Source of the DNA: Entomortierella parvispora E1425
Taxonomy: Eukaryota > Fungi > Mortierellomycota
Direction: 5' to 3'
NCBI GenBank assembly: GCA_020891255.1
Contig: BQFW01000013.1
Span: 1,426,001 to 1,490,000, forward strand
DNA: 64,000 nt
Position 1 is the first letter of the stretch, and the number at the start of each line of letters is the position of its first letter. Below are positions 37,614 through 50,627 of the stretch, one piece after another. The position numbers were made by a program, and so were the translations under genes. A model generated the notes under the pieces. That model was not told the DNA's origin and searched no databases. It worked only from the letters and a program-made list of their open reading frames with translations.

Positions 37614-39887
37614 TTAGCAATGTAGTTGACGAAGTTGATCTAATCCCAACTGCTGGACGTAAAGACTCGATCGCAGATGGTGTTCTTCCTGGTATTTTGT
37701 AAAGAGGGCACTGTGGGTCTTTAGCGGGGCCTCCAACATGGTCAGTATCACATTGACGCCTTCTCTTAGAGACGCAAAGTCATAGCCTGATTGGTGGGTA
37801 TGTACCTCCGACCATTCACCACGGAACAAGAGTCGACGCGCAGTGCAGTAGCCAAGTGCAGCCTTCATGCTGGCGGGGACGCCGATGAACCGGTGATCAC
37901 AGACAGTGATGTCGACCAGGTATTTGGCCAACGTTCGAATGTCAACATCATAATTGTCGGCGGCCGAGATACGTCTCAGGAAGCTCAAAGGACCGGGGGC
38001 ACCCATGTCGTAGTTCAAGGTGGTGAGCATTCCAATCTCGGCCTGACGGATTCTGGCGGGCGTGTAGGCGTTTCCGCCGAGGAAGGACAGCTCTTGGATG
38101 GCGGGAGATTGAATCTCTTCATATTTGGAGGCTAGGAGCAAAGCAACCGTACCAGCAAGTTGGAGCTGGTCCACGGGGATAGGGATCCTGGATAGAAACC
38201 GGTCCAAGTAATTTGCACAGAGATGGAGGGTCTCTTGAAGGAGATCGAACCGGTTGTGGACCTCAATCAGCCATTCCATCAGGTGGGCGCGATATTGCCA
38301 AGTGAGCTCAAGTTGCCTATCCATGTAGTATGGATCCGGAAGAAGCTTCAACTATGCAGACAGCGGGAGAAAGCGAGCAAAAAATACTCCAGGGTTAGTC
38401 CATTGCATAAAAGATGAGGAGGAAAAGTAGACTGGTGACTTTTAGAGCCAGGGGGTGGTCTTTTTTTTTTTTTTTTTTTTTTACCTCGAGCATTCTCTTG
38501 TATGCAAAAATCTCCTCTTGATATTCAGAGACGAGACAGGGGTCAACATCGACGGGTCCTTCCAATTGCATGGTATCCATATCCATGTTCAGGTCTATGT
38601 CAATGTCCATATCAGGCACAGGGGCCGAGGATTCCATGCTGAACTTTGGTGAAGCCCTCTTCTTGATCGAGTCTAGGTAAAGGTCTTTCTCGAACAATGG
38701 CACGGGGGGTATAAGAGGACGGAGGCCTGCGCGTTTGGGAGCCTGTTGGGGTCGAGTCTGGGTCTTAACGGGTGGGGTTACCATGATGGACCTGGGCAAT
38801 GGGTCAGCAACATCAACAGTAGTAGGGCTATCGTCCATAGCTTCCTCTTCCATACTCGACCGCTGTTTCTCTAAACTCTGTAAACTCGGTTGTCTGTTCA
38901 TTTGGGCCATGGTTAAAGTGGAGGGGAGGGAGACGGAAGAAGAAGAGGAGGAAGAGGATGCAGATATTTGACTACTGCCGAGTTGCAGCTGTCTGTGTGG
39001 CATTGTCGCCACCGTCGTCGTGGTAGTCGTGATGCTTGACCTTGCCTTTGCAGCATGATGCTGGGAGGAAGAGGAGATAGCGTGCTGTGTCAGTGCAGAT
39101 TGGATGTCCGCGCGGTCTGCTTGGACGGGAGCGACGCGTCCCTGTTTCAGACCGAGGACTGTGCTTGACCTTTTCGTAAGGGCTGCACTCAGAGTTGTAG
39201 CCGTGGGGGCTTTTCGAATAGCCCCTGCTGTGGAAGCTGTGGTCCTGGAGGTGTTTTGTCGGCCGAGAGGTGCGGCCAGTGATGACGACGTGGTCAAAGT
39301 TGTGACTCGGTTGGAACTGGGTATAGGGAGAGCACTTTTGGCGCTGGGTATAGGCATCATGGAAACTGCGGAGGCGTCAGAAGAGGAGGAGAGAGTGTCG
39401 TTCCCCGTGGTGAGCACTGGTGGAACTGGTGCAGAAGAGAGAGGTTCAGGGAGCTGGATGATTGGCCTTTTCGCCTTTCGTGGAGGAGGAGGCTGGCCTG
39501 TTTGAAGAGTGTCCAAAGAACGACGCGTCGGCTTTTCTACAATGGCAGCCGGTTGTGTCTACAGAGAAGGGAACAGGTTGGTAAACAAGACCAACAGGAC
39601 AAAGAGCGCGCCATGCCTACTTCACTCACCTGTTTCGCAAGGAACCGACTCGATGTGCGTGGTGAGAGCTGCATCAGTGCTTTCCTTGAGCGGACGCCTG
39701 CACCTTTGAGTTCGTCCATCGTTGTCCGTGTCCTGGCAGCAGCGGTTGTTATGGATTTACGTGTCTGCTTGAATGATTCCAGAGGTTGTTGCTCCTGTGA
39801 GGTCATCTTTGCATTCTTGTCCACTGAACGTAAAGGACCCGGTCGCGCTGCCTCGAGAGAGGACCTTGTGCGGGGTGGACGCAACAT
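37614..39887 (-). CDS. B-type cyclin (Clb3/Clb4-like) with long disordered N-terminus
   Basis: Cyclin box ELTWQYRAHLMEWLIEVH...LCANYLDRFLS...LASKYEEI; PGPLSFLRRISAADNYD; RxxL elements at the N-terminus. Confidence 0.9.
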
Positions 39888-41070
39888 GGTAGGGAGTGAG
39901 GTGGTGTGTTAGAGGAGACGTATTGAAGTCCTGCCAAGGGCGATTGCAAGTGGTGATGTGGATGGATTAAATGCAGGATGGATGATGCAGTGCGGGAGAG
40001 AAGAGATGTTTTTTTATTGTTGTTGACAAGACAGCCGCGGGACAGGACAGGGAACAGTGGCAGCGAGACAAATGGACTAAAGAAAAAGCATACAAACAAA
40101 CAAACAACACAAAGAGAGCAGGCGACAGGCGTGGTCCTCTTCATTTGACAACGCAGCTCCCTTCACTGGTGGCTCAGTTCTCGACCGAAGGTACATTCTG
40201 GCCCACTGGTCTGGTGCGACCTATACGGCCCTCCAGCAGGGTGCACTGTATGAGCAATCCGTCTCACGGCCAGGGGCCAAGGCCCCTAGACCCGACCATG
40301 CCAACGGACCGTCAAACCTCCAATCGCACAGCCCGCTTCTCAGCACCGCCCTTGCCACCAAAAAAAAAAAAAAAAAAAATCGAGACGGACCATCCTGAAA
40401 AGAACTTGGTCCATTCACAAGCACGCGGCAGCGAATCTATCAACAGCCGTAGTGCATACGCGGCAACGTTGCTCAAAAGTATTTCTGTTTTCGATCTATA
40501 TCTTGTCCTGCAAAGGTCTTTGAAGTGCAATGTTTTGACCCCTATACAGCAGTAGTTGTCGATAGTATCTAGGCCATACTAAGCCGATCGCCAGCGTAAC
40601 ATTCATAGGCGATGCCTGGCTATGATCTTGAGCTGATATGACGACCTAAAACACGTTCAGGGCAGAGTGTTCTTGGCGTAAATCGCGACGCGTTCTGTTC
40701 TATGATTCTGCTGCTTTTTTTATATTTATTTTGTACAAAGGGAATCTGTCATTGACGGCAGCCAAGAAAGCGCAGCTCTTCGGCTTTGTGGCCAAGATCT
40801 CTCCTTAGTCTCCTGTAATCCATGGGCAAGGGGCAGAAGCGCAAAAAAGATGAATATATATATACGGTCGGAAGAGTGAAGAGGATTGTCGAAAGTGATG
40901 TTGATGATATCGTTGGGCGTTTGGGTTATGGGGTTGGTGTTGGTACAGATGTTTTAGGTCCATTCGAGCAGAGGCTGGGTTAAGCAAAGGTCCTGTTCTG
41001 TTGAGCCAAAGAAGAGTGGGGATGTGTCCTTTCGGGAAAGTCCGGACTGGTGTCCATTTTAACGTTCCGT

Positions 41071-41824
41071 TTAAGCTGACGCGGTGGTGGCGGCAGCGCG
41101 CTTGCGCTTGTAGTCGTTGATAGCAGACTTAATAGCATCCTCAGCAAGCACTGCAATGATGATAAGGCAAGAGATTTTAGAGTCAGTCATCATCCATACA
41201 CATGTCGGTCATACAACAGTAAAAAAGATCAGATAGGCACAAAAAAAAAAAAAAAAAAAAAAACTCGGGTGCGCAGATGTGGCCTGGAAAGGAAATAAAC
41301 GTACTGGAGCAGTGAAGCTTGACAGGTGGCAAGCAGAGCTCTTTGGCAACCTCAGTGTTCTTGATGGCACCAGCATCCTCCAAGGTCATGCCACGGACAC
41401 GCTCAGTCATGTAGCTGGAAGAAGCAATGGCGGAGCCGCATCCGAAAGTCTTGAACTTGACATCAACAATCTTGCCTGATGCCTCATCAACCTTGATCTG
41501 CAACTTCATGACATCACCGCAAGCGGGGGCACCAACGAGACCAGTACCGACAAATGGGTCCGACTTGTTGAGGGAGCCGACGTTACGGGGACGCTCATAG
41601 TGGTCAATGACCTGGATTGGAGGAAATAAAAGAAATAGAGAAAGAGTCAGCGACTTGTTCTTGAGCAAGACAAAGGGGGGCGGACTGCGCACATGGTATC
41701 AGATATATTAACCGCATCGGCCGTTGCCGGTGGTTACCTTGGGGTGGTAAGAGCGAACGGCGATGGCAGCAGAGGGTCTGGCAAAGACGGAGCGGGTAGC
41801 AGAGAAGAGGGTTGTTCGCAACAT
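41071..41824 (-). CDS. ISU1: Mitochondrial Fe-S cluster scaffold IscU/Isu1 (3 exons)
   Basis: YHPKVIDHYERPRNVGSL; GAPACGDVMKLQI; KTFGCGSAIASSS; LCLPPVKLHCS. Confidence 0.97.
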
Positions 41825-41921
41825 GGTGATGTAAGTGATGTAGAGTGGAGCGGAGGGTGATGAAAGGCGGGGGATGAGAAGAAGGCGACAATGGTGGTCT
41901 TGCGACCCTTTTGACTCGCTG

Positions 41922-41956
41922 CACTGGCTGGGACTGGCCAGGACTGGCCGACTGGC
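41922..41956. promoter_or_regulatory. Four (G/C)ACTGGC motifs in the ISU1/NIP7 divergent promoter
   Basis: Copies at 41922, 41932, 41942 and 41950; regulatory function is inferred only. Confidence 0.35.
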
Positions 41957-42193
41957 CCCACAAGGCAAAATTGGGACTGATGTCGAAGTGTGATATAAGC
42001 CACTGACTTCAGCAAGAGTGCAGGACTGCTTTTCATAGATGGCAGCCTGTGGCGCCTTCCCTTTGTAAACATAGGAAAAAAAAGAAAAAAAAAAAAAAAA
42101 GGCGAATGTGGTGGCAAACGAAGTTATTGTCGACTCGCTCATTGCTGCCATCCCCATCCATCCCATCATCCTCACACCCTCACATCCACCACA

Positions 42194-43153
42194 ATGCGGC
42201 CATTGACTGAATTGGAGACGAAGACCTTCTTCGAGAAGCTCGCTAAATAGTAAATGGCCCCCCCTTCTTCATCATTCTCTGCCATCCACTCCTTGCGCAA
42301 AAACACAGACTTGCCTGTATCTACTCCTAGTAACTAACGCATCTCTTTCTTCATCTCTTTCTTGCTGTCTTATAGTATTGGACGTAATATCACCCACTTG
42401 ATTGACAGGGGCGATGAGACATACTGCTTCCGTCTTCACAGAGATCGTGTATACTATGTGAGGTAAGGCACCTTCACCCCCCAACAGCTTCGGTTCAAAG
42501 AATTGTGTGTTGATGATCAAAAAATATTCTGAAGGATACTGTGAGCTGATCCAGGATGCTCCTGTCTTTACTTTTCTGTTTGCAGTGAATCCGTGATGAG
42601 AAAAGCAACAAGCGTTGGCCGCGATCAGCTTATCTCGCTCGGTATTTGCTTCGGCAAGTTCACCAAGACTGGAAAGTTCCGCATGCACGTCACCTGCCTC
42701 GATTATATTGCACAATACGCCAAGGTAAATAATCCAACCCAAGACTCTCTTCCCCTTCTCCCTCACTCGTACTTCTTTTCTTGATGAATCGGGATCCATC
42801 AGTTGCCAGCGAGAGGGAAAATTCGTGGGATTTTTTTGTGTTTTGTGCTGTCCACTAACTGAGCATGGTCGATACCATTTATATTAAAATAGCACAAGGT
42901 CTGGATTAAGCCCAACGGCGAGATGCCCTTCTTGTATGGAAACCATGTGGTGAAGGCGCACATTGGAAGAGTCACAGAGGATACCCCTGAGCACCAGGGA
43001 GTCATTATTTACTCCATGACCGATGTCCCTCTCGGATTCGGTGTCACTGCCCGCTCCACATCAGATACTCGCAAAATGGAACCTACCGCCATCGTTGTCT
43101 TCCACCAGGCAGATATCGGAGAGTACCTTCGCCAGGAAGATACGCTCTTTTAA
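42194..43153 (+). CDS. NIP7: 60S ribosome biogenesis protein Nip7 (4 exons)
   Basis: [21 protein letters not shown]; [25 protein letters not shown]; [21 protein letters not shown]; [16 protein letters not shown]. Confidence 0.97.
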
Positions 43154-43294
43154 AAAGTTCAGCATTCGCATTAAAAAACAGATCATTGAAAAACAATTGG
43201 CGATCGTCTTTTTATTTTATTTTATTTTATTTTTGCAGGACGATGCACAATCTGTTAAGGTCGTAAAAAGTAGTCCAATGTCTGTCGGAGACAA

Positions 43295-46200
43295 TTACGT
43301 CCGCCAGTGTCCCAGGGCCGCCATTGTCTCCTTGCATCCATAATGTACTACCACACCATCGGGGAAAACAGCAAACACGCTATGGATCACGAAGATAGTC
43401 GACTCAGTTTTCACGTTGACGTCTTATATACATTAGAGCAGATTCCAGAACGAGAAGACTTACGTATTTCCGATCCGTTTGTTGCACTTGGGACACATTC
43501 TGTCCTCGGTAATCTTGACACGTCTTGACCTGTAGAACGTCAGCTGCTCTTGCGTCTACAAAGTATAGCGAGGTTAGTAGGGATACCCACTGTTGATAAT
43601 GACGATGCATATAGGATGGTGCCTACCTGGAGTCTTTCAGCTTTCAGAAGGTTCTTGACAACCATGTCCATGTGCTTCGTCTTATTGCTCTCGCGGATCG
43701 ACTTTTCAAAAAACTTGTAGAGCTGATCAACTCTTGTTGCTGCAGGCAAAAGCCCAAGGACCTGAAAAAAGAAACGGCCGAATGTCAGCTCTATATGTTC
43801 AATTATTAATCACTTATTTTTTTCAAACATTGGAGCCTTACCGCAGATGGGTCAATATGGGTGCCGTGACGAGTAAGAATGTCCAGAGCTGGCTCTAACA
43901 TAGGTTTTTCTCGGTTTGGTGGCTTCAGGTAAACCTTGAGCAACAATAGATAAACGTTTTTAGATGGATCGCTAGGGTCAAAGTTCTTGATGCAGTATCT
44001 GTGAGCAATGACGATCGAAGGACAGTTATTAGGAGACAAATCTGACGAAAACCAAACACCATTTGACAATCAATAGGCACATCATACTCCTCTGCAGCCT
44101 GGAAGTTTTTGAGTCTGTGCACATAAATGTTGAGGGCTTGATCATGCTGCCCAATCCTACTAAGAAGGACCGCGCGTTCTTCATAGCATCCTGTAAAGAT
44201 AGAAGGCGTGGGAAAACGTAGTTGAGTAAGTGTTTCACCGATACCATTCTTTCATTCAAGTCTTCTTCTCAGCTTACCATCCACCGGAAGCCGACTCAAA
44301 ATACGCTCTGCTTTGTAAAACGTTGATTGGTCCAAGAACTGGAGCAGCTTCTCCCTTATCTTGTGCACAACAGCTATATGGATGATCATGTTAACACACC
44401 TGTTATTCACAATTGAATTAATCGTGTCGACCTGAAGGTTTCTCGTACCTTCGTTTCCTGGTTGGGAAGAATCACGCTGAATCTGAGCCAAGTAAGATAC
44501 GACAAGAGTGTTGTGGAACTCGGAGGTCTGATCGTTCAGTTCATGGATAACATGCTCCAGGTAAACCACACAGAGGTCAAGCGATAATCGCTCAAGATAT
44601 GATATCACTCTTGATCTTGGCAATGTGTCGATCTCGGGCTCATCGTCAATAAAGATCTAATGAATTTAACAAAGAGTTAATACGATGCACAAAAAAGCGG
44701 CATGGTTCATCTAGACAAATAGAGCAGTCCCCTTGTAGAACGTACCCTGATAGCCACCATAGGATCTTCCTCCAAAATCCAAGCGCCAAATTCGAAAATT
44801 AGCTGGAGATGATCAACTCCAAGACGCTGAAGATAGCTCACAGTAGGTTGAACGCCACCCATCTCTCCAGGTATCGAGTGTACGGTCCGCAGAAGCTCCA
44901 ATGCCTTACGGTGCTGGCTTTTTCCTTTGTAAAAGTCAACCAACTCGCGATATTTCTATATAATCATGGCAATCAAGATTAGTTTAGGAAAAGGGACTGG
45001 ATAGAAGAAAATCGAGAATTTTACCTTGTGTTTCAGTAACAAATTCTCGGTCTCCTCCAGGTTGCAATGATTTGTCACTCGCAAAAGCGATCCCACAAGA
45101 CGTTCGTTGGACAGCATGTACGACTTTAGGAGTGCTGTATCCACCACTTCAAGGATGCGGAGTTGCTCCTCAATTTCCTCCTCCTGGTCCTGGTGATTGT
45201 AAGAGAACGAATCGTTGTTCTGCTGCAAGATCTGGAGCAAACGCTGGGATTTCTGGCGTTTGTCTGCCAAGAAACGAATCAGACAAGCAACGGCTTCCTC
45301 AAGTTCCTTGGTGCCTAAGTGTTAGATGGAGAGATCGTAACTGTAGTCAGACATACAAGTACACGCCGCTGAAGACTTTGTTTGCTTGGCGCCACGTTTA
45401 TAATTGACGTACTCATGATGACGGGCTTTGCTTGTTTCTCCAGGTTTTCGTCAGTAGACTTTGGCGAGGACACAACCTCATCCTCTTTGGGGTGAAGGTG
45501 GCCCGAAATGACGGCCGGGTATAATGCAATAATATCCTCCGCCGAGACATTCAACTCCAAGAACAAGGAGAGTGCCTCCTCATACTGGTGATTGCGGAAC
45601 AAATGATGTGCATACAAGTTCTTGATGCGGCCCAATGTATCGACCTAATTGCAAAATTGGACAAAGTTAGGAGCTGTGCTGCTTGTTATTAGTCGCCATG
45701 TGGTGTCAATCCAGAAACATACGGACTCATCCAAGAGCACGGATTCGATTTGGTTGATCAGACTGATAGCTTCCTCATATTGCTCCTTTTGCACGAGCTC
45801 ATCCACCTATAATTCAGTAAAAGAAGAAGGGCATTAATATACTTCGCTCAGCTCTGTTCACCAGAGGATACAAGTAGAGTCCTGAGAATTGACTGTTACC
45901 TGCTGAGGGAAGCTGTACGGGATCAAACGCCAAACTTCATTTGTGCTGGCAATGTAGAGCAACTTTCCTTGAGTCAAGAACTTTGCATGTGGCAGTTCTG
46001 CACTTTGGACAAGTGCTCGCGTCTCAATGTTCCGAATCTCGATGTGACGAGCCAGAATAGCGACCGCGTATGGGTTTGAATAGCCTAGTTCTTCGGGTAC
46101 TCCCGACCACTCGATTCCATGCTTCCTCTTAGGCATCCCGTTCACGCCTACTGATATGCTGGAATCTAGAGTAACAGATGTGTCAGTTTTCGATACTTGT

Positions 46201-47367
46201 ATCCACTGTAAAATGTCATTAGTGACCATTCCGGCTTTTATCATACTTTCTTTTCCAAGAAGGATCTCGTTGTTGGGCAATCGCGTGATCAGGGGCTTTC
46301 CTGGTTTGGATCCAAAGCCCATCAATCCGCCTGTAGCAATCGAGCCAAAAGTATTCAGAGTGTTCAGGGTGCTGTTCAGAGTGTTCTCCAAGGTTGATCC
46401 CAACGCCCCTTGGACCGACGGTGAGGTTGGTGAAAAGAGTGGCGTAATGACGCTGGTCTCGCAATCCATGAGAGAGTATTCGCTGTCGAGTCCAAGGCAC
46501 AGATTGTGGGTTCCAACCCATTCCATAGTGCGCACTCTGTCGGGGATGTTGTATTCCTATGAGCACATGAAAATTGTAAGCATCCTCCAACATATTCCTC
46601 AATCAGCGCAACACGCAGGTAGATCAAATCTATGGATACCTTAGTATCAATGAATTCACTGTCCTGCCAAGAGAAGACCACAATCTTGCGCCTGACAGCG
46701 ACGGCCAGGCGTGTCACGACAACAGGAACCTCGCCTGGCTGGGCATCAATCTCGGAAAAGACCGAGAAAAGGTTGGCTCCTTTAGTCTTTCCAAGTTGTG
46801 AACGAAGATTGAAGTTATCCAGGTCGTGCAAGTTCACGTAGCCATCTATCAAATGGCGACGATATTTGTCAACCAGAAGTTTGTCACAATCTCGAACCGC
46901 ATATCCAAGGATTTCCTCTCACCTGACAGAGACACCAACACGCCTACAGCCTTGAGGGCGTCAAGCTGCTCAATGGATTTCTTTGAGAAAGTTTTGAGAG
47001 TATTGATCAGAGTAACCGAGATAGCTTCGTCTTGGCCTACGAACGCGTGAGCGACAGATGAGGACACTGCTGTTAATCCATGATCCAAAAGTAAAGAAGT
47101 GAGCCAGTTCCTTCAACAACTGTATCTTACCGAGTGGCTCCCGTACCGAGTACACGAGCAGTGCTCCATAAAATGTCCCGACATAGAGCTTGTCTCCTGT
47201 GTTTTCATTGAATGCACGACAAGACCTCGGGTTAGTGTGAGTCCATGGTCTCTTAGAACATTCATCGTTGTCTGGGCTGTTCCAGGACACATGCCTAGAG
47301 CAAAGATGGATTCAATCTTGTGCGGCAACTTTTCAATGACCGTGTACACCTTGAATGCGTCGTGCAT
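43295..47367 (-). CDS. VPS39: HOPS subunit Vps39/Vam6 (many exons)
   Basis: CNH domain KTKGANLF...LAVAVRRKIVVFSW; Vps39_1 LVGSLLRVTNHCNLEE; clathrin-like repeats; C-terminal RING-like region ending VFAVFPDGVVVHYGC. Confidence 0.93.
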
Positions 47368-47693
47368 GGCTGCGGGGTGCAACTGTGAAGGAAGGCGGTT
47401 GCTGGATGAGGTTGACAGTCCGTGCGACGGTCGTGGTTGTGACAAAAAGGAGTTCCTCGAGCCGAGAAGTGTCTATCCACTTCTATTCCTGAAGAGTGTT
47501 GATAGCTGCCTTGTCTTCTACAAGCAAAGAGCCTACTGTCTGAGACTGGAGATGAGATGAGGTGGGGCAGAAAGGACAGTGTTGAGTTGCATGCTTCTGC
47601 GCATGCAGTTCACGCGAACGACGGTTGGATCACGTGTATCCGGAATAATTTTTAATCATGTTTTTTTTATTCAAAAGAAATATTTTGAAAGCC

Positions 47694-48920
47694 TCACAGC
47701 TTTGGGATCTTGAGAGATTTGCTAATAGACATTATAGGAATACAAGAACAGGTTGGTTAGCGTTTGAAGAATACAAAGGTTGGGCAACATAAGCGAGAGT
47801 CAATAATAAAAAGACTTTTCTTACCTGACCATAAGAGTTCCGCTGATGCCAAAGAGTGCGACCATGGCATGGAAGGAGTATCCGGGCCAGACCTCGATCT
47901 CACCTCCAGGAAGTTTGTCGCCGACAAGTCCATGCATGTTGAGGTATGCCAAAATAGCGACCAAGACAAGAGAGGTAGGAATAGGTGTACCCTCAAAGTA
48001 AGAGACTTTGCCATTTTGATCATGAGGCATGATCGCCACCGTTGCATTGTAACGGGCAAGGCGTGCGATTCCACAACACACAAAGCAAGTCAATACAATC
48101 GTGTCTAGAAAACTTTGCATTCCGAGCACAAAGGCCAACACTGCTGGGGCAACGCCAAAAGAGATCTAGGTGCCAGTGAAGAAAATAGAGAAAGGAAAAT
48201 GGTGAATATCCAAGAATGCTTTGACAATTGATTGTGGAATCAACGTTTCATTGGATCAATGTCCCGAGTCACTATCGGTGTATGGATCCTTATCCCGCGC
48301 AGCTGTCTGTCATGCCGTGGTTTTATGGGTATCAATTGATCCCAGTAACTGTCACCTACAGCATCCGCAAGCGAGTCCAGTTCCTGGCCTAAGATTGAGC
48401 TCGTTTTTCTCCAGCGCGCCACGCGACCATCAAACACATCGAATGTAAAGCCGAGGGGGATGCACCACATAGCGAGCTTTAGATAGTATGGGTCGTGGCT
48501 AATGAGGTAGCGAAGATTCGAAAAGATGGACAGAGCTCCACAGGCTCCATTGCAAAGGGTGATCGCGTCTGCGAGGTTGAAGTTTCTAATGCACAATTGA
48601 TTCAAAAACCAGAGGGAAATGAGTCAAACGCATGGCAACCAACAGGCACATTCAACGAGTTTCACTTTTGTTTAGGTCAAGTGGGGACGGTACAAGGGTC
48701 TTTTACCTAACGAGGTTGAAATGTCCATCGTCTTTTGTCAAGTTCTTGACCTATAGGATTGAGAAGGTATAATGAGCTCATGCCATTCACTTGCGATCTT
48801 GGCGTCATGGTTCCCTTAGTTCAAATATCCCACCTGCTGGAACTGTTTCTTGGACAGGGTAGCAGGTGGTGCTTCGAGCTCCGAGGTCTCTCGGCGGACT
48901 GCGTTTGGGCGTTGTGTCAT
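47694..48920 (-). CDS. CHO1: CDP-diacylglycerol--serine O-phosphatidyltransferase
   Basis: FNLVRNFNLADAITLCNGACG; CDP-alcohol motif DVFDGRVARWRKTSSILGQELDSLAD; RLARYN; FEGTPIPTS; SKSLKIPKL*. Confidence 0.94.
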
Positions 48921-49278
48921 GGCTGGCGATTCGATGTTATTGTTGATTGTGGGATATGGAGAGTAAGGGGGGAATAGTATGAAGGTGTTGGTCGGAGGAA
49001 AGAAAAGCAAGCGAATGAGGGAAGAGGAGCTTTTTTTGAAGCAAAAAGGGTTCATATTTTCTTGAGCAGAAAAATTCCGCTCACAATGACGACAGACCTG
49101 TTAAGTTACCACGCGCAGAAGCAGGGCATCTTCTGCGGCAGACAACGTTTGAACCCACATATGTGCAACCGTACGAGAATAAATGCAGCGTAACAGATGG
49201 ATTTTGTTCATTTTGCTACGTCTGTTCTATGAAAAATGTATTTATGATATGCCATGCCTTCACCAACTAATCTCTCCT

Positions 49279-50413
49279 CTAAAATCCGCTGACGCGGAAG
49301 ATCCTGCTCTCGACCACGGACCAGTCCACAGTCTTGAAAAACTCCTCCAAGTAGCGCTTGCGACCTTCTGGGGTCAATCCGTAGTCGGTCATGTAAGCGT
49401 GCTCCCACATAGAGACGCACAAGATGGGGACATAGCTGTGGTTAGCCATCTGCTTGGCTGGTGCAGAGAACTTGGAGTTGCCGGCGTATGGGTTCTGAGC
49501 CTGGGCAGCGAAGTCACCATCGGTTGCGCTGTAGTCCATGCGGTTCATACGGCGGCGGTGGTGAGGCGATCCAGCATTGTAAGTGTTCAACAAGACCAGA
49601 CGACCATCCTTGTCTTCAACGAGCCAGGTCCATCCTGATCCGAACAATCCCAGTGCGTTGGTGGTGAATTCTCTCTTAAAGATTTCCACGCTGCCAAAGG
49701 AGGCACGAAGGCGCGAAGCGAGGACCTCGCTCATGGGCTGGGGCTCAGGGCTAGGCGTCTATTCCATTCAAGAAACGTTGGGCTGTTAGGATCCTCTGCA
49801 CATTTTTTCCTGGACACTCTTTCTTAATAGACAAAACGCCGTTCGACCCCAGTTAACATCTGCCTAGATTTGTGATTTCCAACCCCATCATACCAAGGAT
49901 CGAAGGAAAAAGTCGTTGTTCCAGGCCTGCGAGGCGTGGTTGAAGATCATGCTCTCGTTGAGGGAGCTGGCGCTGTCCATCAAAACCTCGTGGAAAAGCT
50001 TCTCCTCATAAGGGGTTCCTATAGTTTTCCAAATAGTTCAAGGTAGTGTAAGAAGGACAGAGCGGAGACACCGATCCATGTTCCTGATGTACTATAGGTT
50101 CCTGTCTCACCAGCGATGAGCTCGTTCAAGCGGCCGACGAGTCCGGTCATGTGGTCACCGTAGATGACCTTCAAGGCAGCGGGCGAAAACAAGGGAGCGA
50201 CACCACCCTTGACAGTGTATGGGAGAGGAGGGAGAGTGTGAATACGAGCAGCGGCCCTGAAAGAGGTGGCCAAAGGGGAGGCAACAGCCTACTCGGTAAA
50301 AGAAAACAAAACAGTCGATTAAAACACGGGGCCATGAGCCAGATATTTCAACGGTTCAAACGAATGATGTAAGGTGTTCGGACCTTGTGCAGACGAAGAG
50401 CCGATCGCAACAT
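49279..50413 (-). CDS. Fe/Mn-SOD-fold mitochondrial small-subunit ribosomal protein (mS42/mS43, Rsm26/Mrp1-like)
   Basis: Presequence MLRSALRLHKAVAS; SOD fold HTLPPLPY, FNHASQAWNNDFF, FGSGWTWLV, SMWEHAY; two metal ligands replaced. Confidence 0.8.
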
Positions 50414-50527
50414 GTTGGGTAATGGATGAGAAAGGGGTGATGACAATGGAGAGGATGCAGCCCGAGCCTGATCAGCGAGATCTTTGTTTCCGAGAGTGGC
50501 TTAGAAACCTTCACGTGATATATACGA

Positions 50528-50563
50528 GGGAGTGCTGCATGGCAGCATTCGCGCGCGAATCCC
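50528..50563. promoter_or_regulatory. Two adjacent inverted repeats in a 214-bp divergent promoter
   Basis: GGGA-G-TGCTGC-ATG-GCAGCA followed by the perfect 14-bp palindrome ATTCGCGCGCGAAT and CCC. Confidence 0.4.
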
Positions 50564-50627
50564 TGCGTCCTGTTGTTTCTTCGCCTCCTCTACTCCTTGC
50601 CATTGAACCAACCATCGCTGTTACATC

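Noticed and set aside
38250-38330. Cyclin MRAIL patch changed to YRAHL as a novelty
   Set aside because: As I recall, Clb3/4-type cyclins have an aromatic residue here (WxFRxxL), so it fits that subfamily
40684-40695. MCB (ACGCGT) site upstream of the cyclin
   Set aside because: About 800 bp from the ATG, and the hexamer occurs at many unrelated places in the window
42500-42870. Box C/D snoRNA-like TGATGA...CTGA in NIP7 introns
   Set aside because: C boxes are non-consensus (TTGATGA); one candidate is ~40 nt, the other has its D box at the branch region; no terminal stem or recognisable guide
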